Shown: positions 30,894 through 41,305 of the stretch, piece after piece
How the letters are laid out: every line of letters starts with the position of its first letter
Position numbering within the stretch: the stretch's first letter is position 1
NCBI GenBank assembly: GCA_944390965.1
Contig: CALXRW010000001.1
Coordinates: 19,273-83,272, forward strand
Length of the DNA stretch: 64,000 nt
Direction: 5' to 3'
Source of the DNA: an uncultured Clostridia bacterium
GTDB taxonomy: Bacteria; Bacillota; Clostridia; TANB77; CAG-508
Position numbers and translations under genes: made by a program
Notes under the pieces: model-generated
Told to the model about the DNA's origin: nothing
The model's input: only the letters and a program-made list of their open reading frames with translations
The model's database searches: none

Positions 30894-31751
30894 TCATAAA
30901 TCCTCTAAAATATCTTCTACATTTGTTACTATTTTGGCTCCTTGCTTTATTAAAGAATTTGTTCCAAGAGAATTTGGACTATTTATGTTGCCAGGAACAG
31001 CATATACATTTTTTCCTTGTTCTAGAGCAAAGTCAACTGTTATCAAACTACCACTTTTTTCTGAAGCTTCTACCACTACCACTCCTGAAGCCAGTCCACT
31101 TATAATTCTATTCCTTGCAGGGAAATGTTCTCCCAATGGTTTTGTTCCTACAATATATTCAGAAACAAGACATCCTCCACTTTCTACTATTTTTTCTGCT
31201 AATTTTTCATTTTCAGGTGGATAAATAACATCTAAACCAGAACCTAATACTGCAATCGTTTTCCCCCTTGCCTGTAAAGTTCCTATATGGGAGAATGTAT
31301 CAATTCCTCTTGCTAGTCCACTTATGATATGTATACCTTTTTTAGCCAATTGATATGACAAATATTTTGCTATTTTCTGACCATATAAACTACAATTTCT
31401 ACTACCAACAATAGCAATTCCATTTTGAGATAATATTTTTTTATTTCCCATTATATAAATAACACTTGGTGGATCATAAATTTGTTTTAACAAATACGGA
31501 TAATCTTCATCTTTTATAGTAAGAATTTGTATATTCTTTTCTTTCATATAAAGCATATATGCTTTTACTATTCTTCGATAATTCGGATTTGTCATTTCTT
31601 GTATCATTTGTTCTTCTACTTCTAATTGTTCTAGCTCTTTTTTAGATAATTTCGAAATTTCTTCTGGAGTTTTATATATATCAAGTAATCGCCTTGTTAT
31701 AGTATAATTCTTTTTCTCAATAATAGAGAGCCAAATCCAGTATTCCATCAA
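30894..31751 (-). CDS. dprA: DNA processing protein DprA (Smf)
   Basis: VGSRNCSLYGQKIAKYLSYQLAKKGIHIISGLARGIDTFSH Rossmann-like DprA core. Confidence 0.8.
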   Translation of the reverse strand: MMEYWIWLSIIEKKNYTITRRLLDIYKTPEEISKLSKKELEQLEVEEQMIQEMTNPNYRRIVKAYMLYMKEKNIQILTIKDEDYPYLLKQIYDPPSVIYIMGNKKILSQNGIAIVGSRNCSLYGQKIAKYLSYQLAKKGIHIISGLARGIDTFSHIGTLQARGKTIAVLGSGLDVIYPPENEKLAEKIVESGGCLVSEYIVGTKPLGEHFPARNRIISGLASGVVVVEASEKSGSLITVDFALEQGKNVYAVPGNINSPNSLGTNSLIKQGAKIVTNVEDILEDL

Positions 31752-31777
31752 TACCTCCTATTTAGCCCCCATATTTT

Positions 31778-32620
31778 CTATTCCATTTTAGTTGCTTTTA
31801 CTACATTTTGCATTAACATGGCAATTGTCATTGGTCCTACTCCACCTGGCACAGGTGTAATATAACTTACTTTTTTCTCAACGCCTTCAAAGTCAATATC
31901 ACCACATAATTTCCCATTTTCTAATCGATTCATTCCCACATCTATTACAACTGCATTTTCTTTTACCATTTCCTCTGTAATAAATTTAGGTTTTCCAATA
32001 GCAACAATTAAAATATCTGCTTGTTTTGTTATTTCTTGTATATTTCTTGTTTTTGAATGGCAAATGGTAACAGTTGCATTTTTCTTTAGCATACATTGCA
32101 TTAATGGTTTCCCTACAATATTGCTTCTTCCTAGAATTACCACATTTTTTCCTTCGATAGGAATTTTATATTCTTCTAGTAATCTTACAATTCCAAGTGG
32201 TGTACAAGGTATGAAAGTGTCTTGTCCAATACATGCTTGTCCTACACTAATAGGATGAAATCCATCCACATCTTTTTTAGGATTTATTGTTTCAAATGCC
32301 TTTTGTATGTCTAAATGTGCTGGGATAGGACTTTGTAGTAAAATTCCTTTTATTTCTTTTTCTTCGTTTAATTTTGTAATTAATGATAATAGCTCTTGCA
32401 TCGTGGTTTCTTCTGGTAATAAATATTCTTCAAAATCTATTCCTATTTCATCACATGCTTTACTTTTATTTTTTACATAAATACTAGAAGCTTGATCATT
32501 TCCCACCATGATTACAGCAAGTTTAGGATATTTTTTTTGCTTTTTTAATTCTTCTACTTCTACTTTTAAATTTGTTCTTATTTTTTTCGCTAATTCTTTT
32601 CCATTCAATATTTCAGCCAT
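31778..32620 (-). CDS. folD: Bifunctional methylenetetrahydrofolate dehydrogenase/cyclohydrolase
   Basis: MAEILNGKELAKKIR... and ILGRSNIVGKPL... PGGVGPMT motifs. Confidence 0.9.
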   Translation of the reverse strand: MAEILNGKELAKKIRTNLKVEVEELKKQKKYPKLAVIMVGNDQASSIYVKNKSKACDEIGIDFEEYLLPEETTMQELLSLITKLNEEKEIKGILLQSPIPAHLDIQKAFETINPKKDVDGFHPISVGQACIGQDTFIPCTPLGIVRLLEEYKIPIEGKNVVILGRSNIVGKPLMQCMLKKNATVTICHSKTRNIQEITKQADILIVAIGKPKFITEEMVKENAVVIDVGMNRLENGKLCGDIDFEGVEKKVSYITPVPGGVGPMTIAMLMQNVVKATKME

Positions 32621-32632
32621 TGTTTTCTCCTT

Positions 32633-34144
32633 TTATATCAATAAATCATCATTATTGTATTCTTTTAGAGAATCTATGTCAATATGAAATCTGTTTTTTG
32701 ATAAATTGAAAGAGAAAATACTTTGTCTTTCCTTTTTTAATTTTGTATTTATTCTTCTAAAATATCTTTCTAATTTTCTATTTATTTCTTCATATTCTTG
32801 TGTTTTTGGCTTTTCTGTTAATAATCTTTCCATTTGCTCTTTTGCATCTGTTCCCACATGATCCTCTAAGTATGCAAAATCAATCTTTCCTGTTTCAATA
32901 TATCGATCTATATTTCTTTTGGCAATAATGGCATCTATATTTGCAAAATTAAGTATCACATACATCGTAGTTACAATTCCTAATCCTATTTTAAAGATTG
33001 GTACTTTTTTATTATAAATATAAAAACTACAAGGTATAATAAATAAAAGTTCTGTTGCTAAAATAAAGTATACCAATAACCTAGAATATGTATATCCAAA
33101 TTCCTGTTCATACAAGAACATTTTATATGCTGCTATGAAAATAAAGAAAATATTAAAAAGCAACATAATTTGACTCATAGCTTTTGTGTAAGTGCTATTT
33201 GTGCTTTTTGTATTTTTACATGAAAAATAAATAGCCGCTAGATTAATTAATGTAACTAACATTAGTTGGAAAAATCCTTGTCTTGCGATAATAGCATAGT
33301 TTCCCAATTCTCTTGGTACTCCAATTTCTGTAAAAATATTTACTAATTGTACTAAACTAAATAGAAGATAAATTCCATTTAAAATTGTTAGTAATACTTG
33401 AATTGTTGTTTCTTCTATATGAATACTGCTTGGTTTTTGATTTTCTTTTTCTATTATTTCTGCTGTTTTATTGCTTAACATGTTTAATATAAAACTTGTA
33501 AAATATAAAAATATAATAAATGCAAGAAATGCCCTAACTACTAATTCACTTATACTTTGAATATTGAATAAGTCTATTATTTTTTGCATAATTTGTTGAA
33601 AAAATTCAGCAAAAGTTTCATCTGCTGCCATCAATAAGAATATTACAATTATAGCAATTGGTAATGAAATAAATATTGCTTTTATTATTTTAGCTTTTTG
33701 TGTTTTTGGTTTTTTTTCTTCTTTTTTATGAATGATATTTCCAATATTTTTAAAGACTTCTCCTATATATTCTATTGGTTTAAAAATACTTCTTAATATT
33801 TTTACAAAAAGATGATTCGTTTCTTTGGTAATTAACAAAATAGACATGATAACAACTAAACCTATAATTGCCCAAAAATTCAAAAAACGAAATGTTGCAT
33901 TATTATAAATAAAATATGTTGCACTTAAAAGCAAAATTGGCACTGCTAGCATGTATGCACCATGATTTGCTTTTATTTTTTTCTGCTTTATACAGCAAAT
34001 CAAATAAATTAAAAATATAATAGCAAAAATTGGTGCGGAAATTCCTTCTGCTTGCCTCCAGAAAAATATAGAATGCAATATACTTACAATTATTCCCCCT
34101 ATTATTAGTGTCTTGGAAAAACTTTTTTCTTCCAAATAACCCAC
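32633..34144 (-). CDS. Polytopic membrane protein of unknown function
   Basis: More than 10 TM segments followed by a soluble C-terminal domain. The length is 503 aa. Confidence 0.4.
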   Translation of the reverse strand: MGYLEEKSFSKTLIIGGIIVSILHSIFFWRQAEGISAPIFAIIFLIYLICCIKQKKIKANHGAYMLAVPILLLSATYFIYNNATFRFLNFWAIIGLVVIMSILLITKETNHLFVKILRSIFKPIEYIGEVFKNIGNIIHKKEEKKPKTQKAKIIKAIFISLPIAIIVIFLLMAADETFAEFFQQIMQKIIDLFNIQSISELVVRAFLAFIIFLYFTSFILNMLSNKTAEIIEKENQKPSSIHIEETTIQVLLTILNGIYLLFSLVQLVNIFTEIGVPRELGNYAIIARQGFFQLMLVTLINLAAIYFSCKNTKSTNSTYTKAMSQIMLLFNIFFIFIAAYKMFLYEQEFGYTYSRLLVYFILATELLFIIPCSFYIYNKKVPIFKIGLGIVTTMYVILNFANIDAIIAKRNIDRYIETGKIDFAYLEDHVGTDAKEQMERLLTEKPKTQEYEEINRKLERYFRRINTKLKKERQSIFSFNLSKNRFHIDIDSLKEYNNDDLLI

Positions 34145-34278
34145 CTCCTATTTGCCATATTTTATATCTTTTCTTCTTTTTTGTCAATGTGTTTTTATCG
34201 TTTATCGATAAATTGTTTTTATCAATAATCTTATAAAGGCTGAGATTTTAAATCTCAGCCTATTATTTAAATATTTTA

Positions 34279-34521
34279 TTAACAGCTTTTAGTGCAACAT
34301 ATTTTCATAATAATTCTTAAAATAAGCAATAGTGTTAGAATAACGAGAAGTATAATGATGGTTCCTAATCCTAGAAAACTAACTAATCCTGTTAGAGTAC
34401 CTATTAATAAACCTATTGCAAAAGCTAGTAGAATAGATATTAGAAATATTATGATATCAATACAACACTTTTTTTCTTTTCTTTCACATCTAATACATAC
34501 TTGTGGTTCCATAGTTAACAC
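34279..34521 (-). CDS. Small cysteine-rich membrane protein (80 aa)
   Basis: CIRCERKEKKCC then two TM segments, ending ...KICCTKSC. Confidence 0.35.
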   Translation of the reverse strand: MLTMEPQVCIRCERKEKKCCIDIIIFLISILLAFAIGLLIGTLTGLVSFLGLGTIIILLVILTLLLILRIIMKICCTKSC

Positions 34522-34579
34522 CTCCTACTTTAACACTAGGTTATTATATTATATGTGCTAAAGTAGGTTTTGGTGATAA

Positions 34580-35419
34580 TTACTTAATGAAGAAGAACAC
34601 AATTACTGCTATTCCTATTATAATTCTATAAATAGTAAAAATCTTAAAATCACTTTTCTTTAAATAATTTAGTAAAAATTTTATCACAATAATTCCTACA
34701 ATAAAACTTGCTAATATTCCTAAGATAAATGGTAATAACATTCCAGAATGTATAAAAGTTTCTCTATAAACTGGGTCTAAGAAATCTTTAAATTTATATA
34801 CAGTTGCTGCTAATACAATGGGAGATGATAATAGGAAAGAATATTTGGCGGCACTTTCTCTTTTTACTCCTAGTAATCTTGCAGTTGTCATTGTTACTCC
34901 TGAACGAGACACACCTGGAATAAAAGCTAAACTTTGTGATAATCCAATAAAAAATGTTTGTTTTAAAGACATATCTTTATATTCTGTTTCATTCGGTGCT
35001 TTTTTATCTACAAAATATAAAATGACTCCCATAATAATAAGTGCAATTGCTATAATAAGTGGTTGTTTTAAATAATCTTCTGCGTATGTGTCTAAAATAA
35101 AACCTATTATCCCCCCTGGTATTGTTGCAAGAACTATGTACCAAAACATTTTGCCTTCAAAGCTTTTCTCTTTTTTTACGACTTGATTCCAACCACCTTT
35201 AATAAGTCCAATCCAATCTTTAAAAAAGAAAATAGCAATTGCCAATAATGTACCTGCATGTAAAGCAACATCAAATCCATCAAATGCTGCTTGAAATCCT
35301 TCCGAATTTAGCCATCCAAATGCCCACGGAATTAAATACAAATGAGCAGAACTAGATACTGGTAATAGTTCTGTTAATCCTTGTACAATTCCCAAAATAA
35401 TAGCTTGTATAATTGTCAT
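34580..35419 (-). CDS. uppP: Undecaprenyl-diphosphate phosphatase
   Basis: ELLPVSSSAHL signature, 8-TM. Confidence 0.85.
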   Translation of the reverse strand: MTIIQAIILGIVQGLTELLPVSSSAHLYLIPWAFGWLNSEGFQAAFDGFDVALHAGTLLAIAIFFFKDWIGLIKGGWNQVVKKEKSFEGKMFWYIVLATIPGGIIGFILDTYAEDYLKQPLIIAIALIIMGVILYFVDKKAPNETEYKDMSLKQTFFIGLSQSLAFIPGVSRSGVTMTTARLLGVKRESAAKYSFLLSSPIVLAATVYKFKDFLDPVYRETFIHSGMLLPFILGILASFIVGIIVIKFLLNYLKKSDFKIFTIYRIIIGIAVIVFFFIK

Positions 35420-35454
35420 AAGCTCCTCCCTTTAATTTCTTTGTTTGAAGTAAT

Positions 35455-35495
35455 TTCTTCGAAGAACAGGCGATTAAAATCTCCCCTACATTTTT
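35455..35495. repeat. REP-like unit (stem degraded)
   Basis: cttcgaagaacaggcgattaaaatctcccctacatttttt. Confidence 0.5.
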
Positions 35496-35573
35496 TCATA
35501 AATCACATTACACTATCGATAATTAAGTATTTTTAACAAAACAAAGACACTTTTCCTAGTATCTTTTCCTATT

Positions 35574-36806
35574 TTATTCTAGGTTTGTGTCTATTATTTC
35601 TTTTTCTATTTCTTTTTCAATTTCTTTTAATCTTTCTTCTTTTTTCTTTTGCATTTCAATATCTACCATTCCCATGCCTTCCACAATCTCAAAAGTATTT
35701 TCTAAATGCTCAATTGCCTGTTTTTCTATTTCAGTTTTATAAATTTCTTTTTCCTGTTCTCTTTCTTCTTCTCTATTTGGTAAAATAATTAATCTTCTAA
35801 TAGGAATAAAAATAGATTCTTTCTCAACTTCTTCTATTAAATTAGGTTCTAGCTCTAATGCTTTATTAATAAAAATAACAGCTTTATCCTTGTCATTTTT
35901 TAGCAAACAAATTTTAGCCAATTGAAAATATGATTTAGCATCAATTCCCTGTCCATACAGACTCTTTGTAAAATAGTCTTCTGCCTTTTCTATGTCGTGA
36001 TATAGTAAAGAAATTTGCCCTAAACTATAATATGCGTTATATAATAAATGATTAATTTCTGCCGCTTTTTCATAGCAAGATTTAGCACTTTGGAAATCGT
36101 TTAGTCTTGTATAGGCAATTCCCAAACTATAATATAACTCATAATCATTTGGTCTATATTTTAATGCTTCCATGTATACATTGGTGGCCTCTTTAAATTT
36201 TTCTTGTTCACATAGAATTTCTCCTAATAACAGGCTCGCTCGATAATATTCCGGCTTATTTTTTAGTAAATTATTTAACATTGTAGTTGCTTCGTCTTTT
36301 TTCCCTAATTGATGTAATAAATCTCCTATTTTATAATAAGAATCATAGTCATTTTTTCGAATGTCAATTGCAGCTACATATTCATCAATTGCTTTTCTCA
36401 TGCCACCTTCTTTTTCATATATTTGTGCTAATAATTTATGGCATGAATAACTGTCTTCATATTTTTCAATTACATGATTTAAAAGAATTTTAGCTTGTTT
36501 TCTATTTCGAAACAAAATACATATTTTAGCAAATATTAAGTTCCTGAATTCTAAAAAATGAATATTCCTTTTTTCAATTAATATAATAACTAATGGCAAC
36601 ATTACTGCTAAAAAATACATGATTATTTTACTAGCTAGCCCTGTAAAAATATTAAAAATGATTTCTAGAAAATTTAGTGCGATTCCAATTGTTTGAATTA
36701 ATAAGATTGATAAATAGCTGGTATCGTTTTTTCGTATCATAGTTAAAAGTATATACACAAAAAAAGAAAAGGCTAAAATATTAAATATCATTTTTTCTAT
36801 TATCAT
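35574..36806 (-). CDS. TPR-repeat protein with N-terminal TM segments
   Basis: Multiple 34-aa TPR-like repeats (AxxYYxLGxxxxxxxxxxxAxxxYxKAL). Confidence 0.6.
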   Translation of the reverse strand: MIIEKMIFNILAFSFFVYILLTMIRKNDTSYLSILLIQTIGIALNFLEIIFNIFTGLASKIIMYFLAVMLPLVIILIEKRNIHFLEFRNLIFAKICILFRNRKQAKILLNHVIEKYEDSYSCHKLLAQIYEKEGGMRKAIDEYVAAIDIRKNDYDSYYKIGDLLHQLGKKDEATTMLNNLLKNKPEYYRASLLLGEILCEQEKFKEATNVYMEALKYRPNDYELYYSLGIAYTRLNDFQSAKSCYEKAAEINHLLYNAYYSLGQISLLYHDIEKAEDYFTKSLYGQGIDAKSYFQLAKICLLKNDKDKAVIFINKALELEPNLIEEVEKESIFIPIRRLIILPNREEEREQEKEIYKTEIEKQAIEHLENTFEIVEGMGMVDIEMQKKKEERLKEIEKEIEKEIIDTNLE

Positions 36807-36833
36807 TATTTTATCCCCTTTCTTTTTTATTTT

Positions 36834-37373
36834 TTAATCTCTAAATTTATCTTTATAACTTTCTATACATTTTTCAATAATGTCTTCTGCCGCTTCTCTT
36901 CCTAAAATTTCTTCTACCATAGTTTGTTTTTCTTCCAATTGTTTATATACTTCGAAAAAGTGTTTAATCTCTGCAGATATATGACTTGGTAATTCAGAAA
37001 CATCTGTATAGCAATTTAAAAAAGGATCCTTTTTAGCTACTGCTATAATCTTTTCGTCTTGTTCATCTCCATCAATCATGCGGATTACACCAATTGGGTA
37101 ACATTCTACTAATGTTAGAGAAATGATTTTTTCTTGGCATAAAACCAATACATCTAGAGGGTCATCATCTTCTGCATAAGTTTTAGGAATAAAACCATAG
37201 TTTGCTGGATAATGTGTTGCAGTATAAAGAACTCTATCTAGTCTTAGCATCCCTGTTTCTTTATCTAACTCATACTTATTTTTTCCACCTTTAGAAATTT
37301 CTACAACGGCAATAAAATTATCTTTTTTTATTCTGTCCAAACTAATATCATGCCATACATTCATTTTTATCAA
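36834..37373 (-). CDS. ppa: Inorganic pyrophosphatase (family I)
   Basis: Conserved acidic active-site residues (DGDPLDVLVL-type). The length is 179 aa. Confidence 0.8.
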   Translation of the reverse strand: MIKMNVWHDISLDRIKKDNFIAVVEISKGGKNKYELDKETGMLRLDRVLYTATHYPANYGFIPKTYAEDDDPLDVLVLCQEKIISLTLVECYPIGVIRMIDGDEQDEKIIAVAKKDPFLNCYTDVSELPSHISAEIKHFFEVYKQLEEKQTMVEEILGREAAEDIIEKCIESYKDKFRD

Positions 37374-37458
37374 CTTCCTTCTTTTTGTGAAACTTTATAA
37401 TATAACTATTTTACGACATTTTTTCAAAAATTTCAAGACTTAAAACAAAAAAGAGGAA

Positions 37459-37521
37459 GGAGCTTTTGTCTTAGGTTTTTCTTAAGAAAACTTAAAAACA
37501 AAAGCTCCTTCTGGTAGTCTA
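37459..37521. terminator. Bidirectional terminator or long hairpin between the kinase and ppa genes
   Basis: The 14-bp inverted repeat ggaaggagcttttgt / acaaaagctccttc has an AT-rich interior. Confidence 0.5.
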
Positions 37522-37526
37522 TTTTT

Positions 37527-39023
37527 CTATTCCTTTTTCTCTAATTTTGGTTCTTCTTTGTCTAATTCAAAATAGAATTCTACACCATTTTCTTTATTAA
37601 GTGCTCCAAAGTCATTTCCATAATTATTCATAATGGCTTTTACTAGAGATAGACCAATTCCTGTTCCTCCATCTTCTCTATTTCTAGAGGAGTCAACTTT
37701 ATAAAATCGATTCCAGATTCTTACAATATCTTCTTTGTCAATATTATTTCCTGTATTAAAGATGCTAATTCTTACTTTTTCATCTTTTTCTTCTATATGA
37801 ATCACAATTTGTTTCTTTCCATCTACTTCTATAGTGTGTTTTATGGCATTTGTAAAATAGTTTGTTACAACTTGTTCTATGTAAAAGTCATCTGCATAAA
37901 CCTCAACTGATTCTTTTGGCTTAAATACAATTTCAATACCTTTTTCTTCATACATTACTTTGCTTTTCTTAATAACTTCTTGAATTAGTTCACAAATATC
38001 AAATTTCGTATTATTAAATTGCCTGTTTCCGTATTCTAGTTTCATTAATTCTAATAACTGTTTTACAAGTGTATCCATTTTATTTGCTTCATCTAATATT
38101 ACTTCTGCATACATTTTTTTAGATTCTTCATCTGAATTTACATTTTCAACTAGTCCTTCTGCATAGCCTTGAATTAACGCAATTGGTGTTTTTAATTCAT
38201 GAGATACATCTGAGATAAATTGTTTTCTCATTTCATCTATTTTTGACTTTCTTTCAATATCCTTTTCTAATTCAATATTGCTTTCTTTTAACTCCATAAT
38301 TGTTTTTTCTAATTTTTCTGAAACAGTATTCATGCTTTTCCCTAAGTCATTTATTTCATCATTAGTATCAGTAATACGATATTTTTTACTAAAGTCTAGC
38401 CTTGCCATTCTTTTAGCAATGTCATTTAATTCCACAATTGGTCTGGTAAATTTTTGGGTAATAATAGATAAAGCAATTCCTCCTATAACAATGGTAATTC
38501 CTCCAATGATATATAAGAATTGATTAAATATTCTTACATTCTCACGGATAGAGGAAACTGGCATACGAATATATACGTTATAATTATTTTCTAGTGTTGC
38601 AGAAAGTAAAATAAAATTAATTCCTGTTTGATTGTCTTTAATTGTTCTGATTTGTACACTTTTATCTATATCTGATGGGGTTCCAATCGTAAAAATTCTT
38701 TCTATTTCTGTTATTGTATTCATATTAGAAAGAAAGTCTTTATTTGACGTAAAGATACTAGTGTTGGTATCTGTTTTGATGATAATGTCAAATCCATTAT
38801 TAAATGCTATTTTCTGTAATTCTAATTCTATACTAGCATCATCCATTCCATTTATATAAAATGAATTAATTTTCTGATATGTTTCAATTAATGTATTTTG
38901 TTTTGAATATAAATAATAGGTTTCTAACATAAAGTTGTTGGCAATAATTAAAAAGGCAACGATGGTAAGTACTACTGCCACTAATGTTAAAAATAATTTA
39001 ATTCGAATAGACTTTACCTTCAC
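37527..39023 (-). CDS. Sensor histidine kinase (HAMP, HisKA and HATPase_c domains)
   Basis: Two TM segments plus a periplasmic domain, H-box SHELKTP, and N, G1 and G2 boxes (GGTGIGLS). Confidence 0.8.
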   Translation of the reverse strand: MKVKSIRIKLFLTLVAVVLTIVAFLIIANNFMLETYYLYSKQNTLIETYQKINSFYINGMDDASIELELQKIAFNNGFDIIIKTDTNTSIFTSNKDFLSNMNTITEIERIFTIGTPSDIDKSVQIRTIKDNQTGINFILLSATLENNYNVYIRMPVSSIRENVRIFNQFLYIIGGITIVIGGIALSIITQKFTRPIVELNDIAKRMARLDFSKKYRITDTNDEINDLGKSMNTVSEKLEKTIMELKESNIELEKDIERKSKIDEMRKQFISDVSHELKTPIALIQGYAEGLVENVNSDEESKKMYAEVILDEANKMDTLVKQLLELMKLEYGNRQFNNTKFDICELIQEVIKKSKVMYEEKGIEIVFKPKESVEVYADDFYIEQVVTNYFTNAIKHTIEVDGKKQIVIHIEEKDEKVRISIFNTGNNIDKEDIVRIWNRFYKVDSSRNREDGGTGIGLSLVKAIMNNYGNDFGALNKENGVEFYFELDKEEPKLEKKE

Positions 39024-39041
39024 TTTACCATCGTCCCCTTT

Positions 39042-39731
39042 TTATTTAACTTCAAACTTATATCCTACGCCTCTCATTGTTTTTATATATTTTCCTTTTT
39101 TACCTAATTTGTGTCTAATTTTTTTAATGTGGCTATCAATTGTTCTTGAATCTCCATAATAATCATAGTTCCAAACATTATTTAAAATTTTGTCTCTAGA
39201 AAGTGCAATATTTTCATTATCTACTAAATATTTCAATAATTCATATTCTCTTAAACTTAATTCTACAACTTTATCTTCTACTTTTACAGTTCTTCCTTCT
39301 GTATCAATGGTAATCCCACCATAGTCTTTTATCTCTTTTGTATTTCCATAAACTCTATTTATAATTGCTTCTACTCTTGCTACTAGTATTTTAGGACTAA
39401 ATGGTTTAGAAATATACTCGTCCACTCCTAGTTCAAAACCAAATAACTCATCTTGTTCCTCTCCTCGTGCTGTTAGCATAATTATAGGCACCTTTGACGT
39501 TTGCCTAATTTGTCTTAAAACAGACCAACCATCTAATTTAGGCATCATAACATCTAATAAAATTAAACTAATTTTATCTTTCTCAGTTTCAAAAACTTCT
39601 AGGGCTTTTTCCCCATCTGCTGCTTCTAGAATTTTATATCCTTTTACTGCTAAAAAGTCTTTAATTAATTTCCTCATCCTAGATTCATCATCAACTACTA
39701 ATATAGTAATATTATTCATATTTACTATCAT
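39042..39731 (-). CDS. OmpR-family response regulator
   Basis: Receiver domain with D at ILLDVMMP and a winged-helix C-terminus (RGVGYKF). Confidence 0.85.
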   Translation of the reverse strand: MIVNMNNITILVVDDESRMRKLIKDFLAVKGYKILEAADGEKALEVFETEKDKISLILLDVMMPKLDGWSVLRQIRQTSKVPIIMLTARGEEQDELFGFELGVDEYISKPFSPKILVARVEAIINRVYGNTKEIKDYGGITIDTEGRTVKVEDKVVELSLREYELLKYLVDNENIALSRDKILNNVWNYDYYGDSRTIDSHIKKIRHKLGKKGKYIKTMRGVGYKFEVK

Positions 39732-39922
39732 TCCTTTCGGTTTAGGTGTTCCTTTTTTCTTTGTTATTATATTTCATCAATATGTCTGTTTTGTGAAAAT
39801 TTCTTTACTATTTAAAGTAAACTACGCTTTTTCTTTTAAATAAGTCCATCTTATATCACCTAATTTTATTTTATCACAAAATTCCTGCATATTTTGTGCT
39901 TTTTTTCACAAAATTCCATAAA

Positions 39923-40621
39923 TTAATCTATTAATTCAAATCCCATATGTTTTTGTAGCTCTATGTCTATGGTTTTTCTAATATATAAATTATTTGCCCT
40001 GCAATAAGCATGCACTGCTTTTTCCGTTTCTGCTCCAAATTTTCCATTAGGATTACTAGTAAAAAATCCAAGTTCTTTTAACCTTTTCTGAATTTCTAGC
40101 ACATCGGAACCATACATACCAGATTTCAAATTGCGAAATCCTTTTCCAAATGCTCCATATACCCCATCTACAATTGTTACTTTTGTTCCAATTGGGATAT
40201 ATTTATAAATTTCGGCTACTTCATCATTATTCATTCTAATACAACCATGTGAGCTATTCCACCCTACAGAATACATTTCCGTTGTTCCATGAATACCAAA
40301 ATTTCCCCATGGTACATTAAAACCCATCCATCTTCCTCCAAATCCTTCTCCCCATGTATCTTTCGAAATAATTGTCCATGTACCAATAGGAGAGGGAGTA
40401 GAAGGTTTGCCTCCAGAGCAAGTATATTCTGCCATACAGATACCATCTTTTAATATATACATCCTTGGCTCTTCAACATCCACTAAAATATGATATTGAG
40501 GTTCTTCTTTTTTAAAGGCAGATAGAATTTCTTCTTCCCATAAAAATAAATTAGTAATAATAATCAAAAAGCTTAATAATAAAATTATAAAATTTCTTTT
40601 ACGTATCATCCTTATCTTCAT
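39923..40621 (-). CDS. L,D-transpeptidase (YkuD domain) with a peptidoglycan-binding domain
   Basis: HGT...SHGCIRM catalytic motif and a PG_binding_1-like domain (LEIQKRLKELGFF). Confidence 0.75.
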   Translation of the reverse strand: MKIRMIRKRNFIILLLSFLIIITNLFLWEEEILSAFKKEEPQYHILVDVEEPRMYILKDGICMAEYTCSGGKPSTPSPIGTWTIISKDTWGEGFGGRWMGFNVPWGNFGIHGTTEMYSVGWNSSHGCIRMNNDEVAEIYKYIPIGTKVTIVDGVYGAFGKGFRNLKSGMYGSDVLEIQKRLKELGFFTSNPNGKFGAETEKAVHAYCRANNLYIRKTIDIELQKHMGFELID

Positions 40622-40648
40622 AGTAAAGTTTATGATTTTTTGCCTTTT

Positions 40649-41305
40649 TTAGAATTCCTTTTTTTGTGCAATTAATTTTTTTATTTTTATTCCTTTTTCT
40701 CGAAACATTTTTTCATGTTCTGTTTGAATATTTTCTTGTTGCAGTGGCAAATCCCAATTTTCTTCTACAATTTGAAAACCACAGTTTTTAAAATATTGAA
40801 TGCTCTCTTTAAATAATTCATCATCATCTGTTTTAAAATGTATCTGAGCGTTAGGGACTAGAAAATTTTTATACTGTTCTAATTGCCTTATATGTGTTAA
40901 TCTTCTTTTTTTATGCCTTGGTCTTGGCCATGGATTACAAAAATTAATATAAATACGTTCTATTTTATCTTGTTCATTGAAAATATTTAATATTTGTTCT
41001 ATGTTTTGTGGCATAATGTATAAATTATTAACCTGCAACTCTTTTTCTTGATAGGCCTTTTCTATTTTTTTCATGGCATACCATAATATTTCGCTTTTAA
41101 TATCAATGGCAAGTAAATTAATATTAGGATGGTTCGCACCAAATTCTGCTGCAAACCACCCTTTCCCACATCCTAATTCCAAATAGATTGGATTTTGATT
41201 TTGAAATAAATTTTGCCAATTCCCTTTATACTGCTCTGGTTTTGCAATATAAAAACTGCATGCTTCCAATTCTGGTCTTGCTTCTTTTTTTCTTCTAATT
41301 CTCAT
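40649..41305 (-). CDS. trmB: tRNA (guanine-N7)-methyltransferase
   Basis: [13 protein letters not shown]-binding motif and TrmB length. Confidence 0.85.
   Translation of the reverse strand: MRIRRKKEARPELEACSFYIAKPEQYKGNWQNLFQNQNPIYLELGCGKGWFAAEFGANHPNINLLAIDIKSEILWYAMKKIEKAYQEKELQVNNLYIMPQNIEQILNIFNEQDKIERIYINFCNPWPRPRHKKRRLTHIRQLEQYKNFLVPNAQIHFKTDDDELFKESIQYFKNCGFQIVEENWDLPLQQENIQTEHEKMFREKGIKIKKLIAQKKEF

Noticed and set aside
34292-34561. Assorted short antisense ORFs inside long genes (for example 7609-7824, 15836-16117, 23990-24226, 38278-38859)
   Set aside because: They are embedded antisense to well-supported genes. They are low-complexity and lack start contexts.
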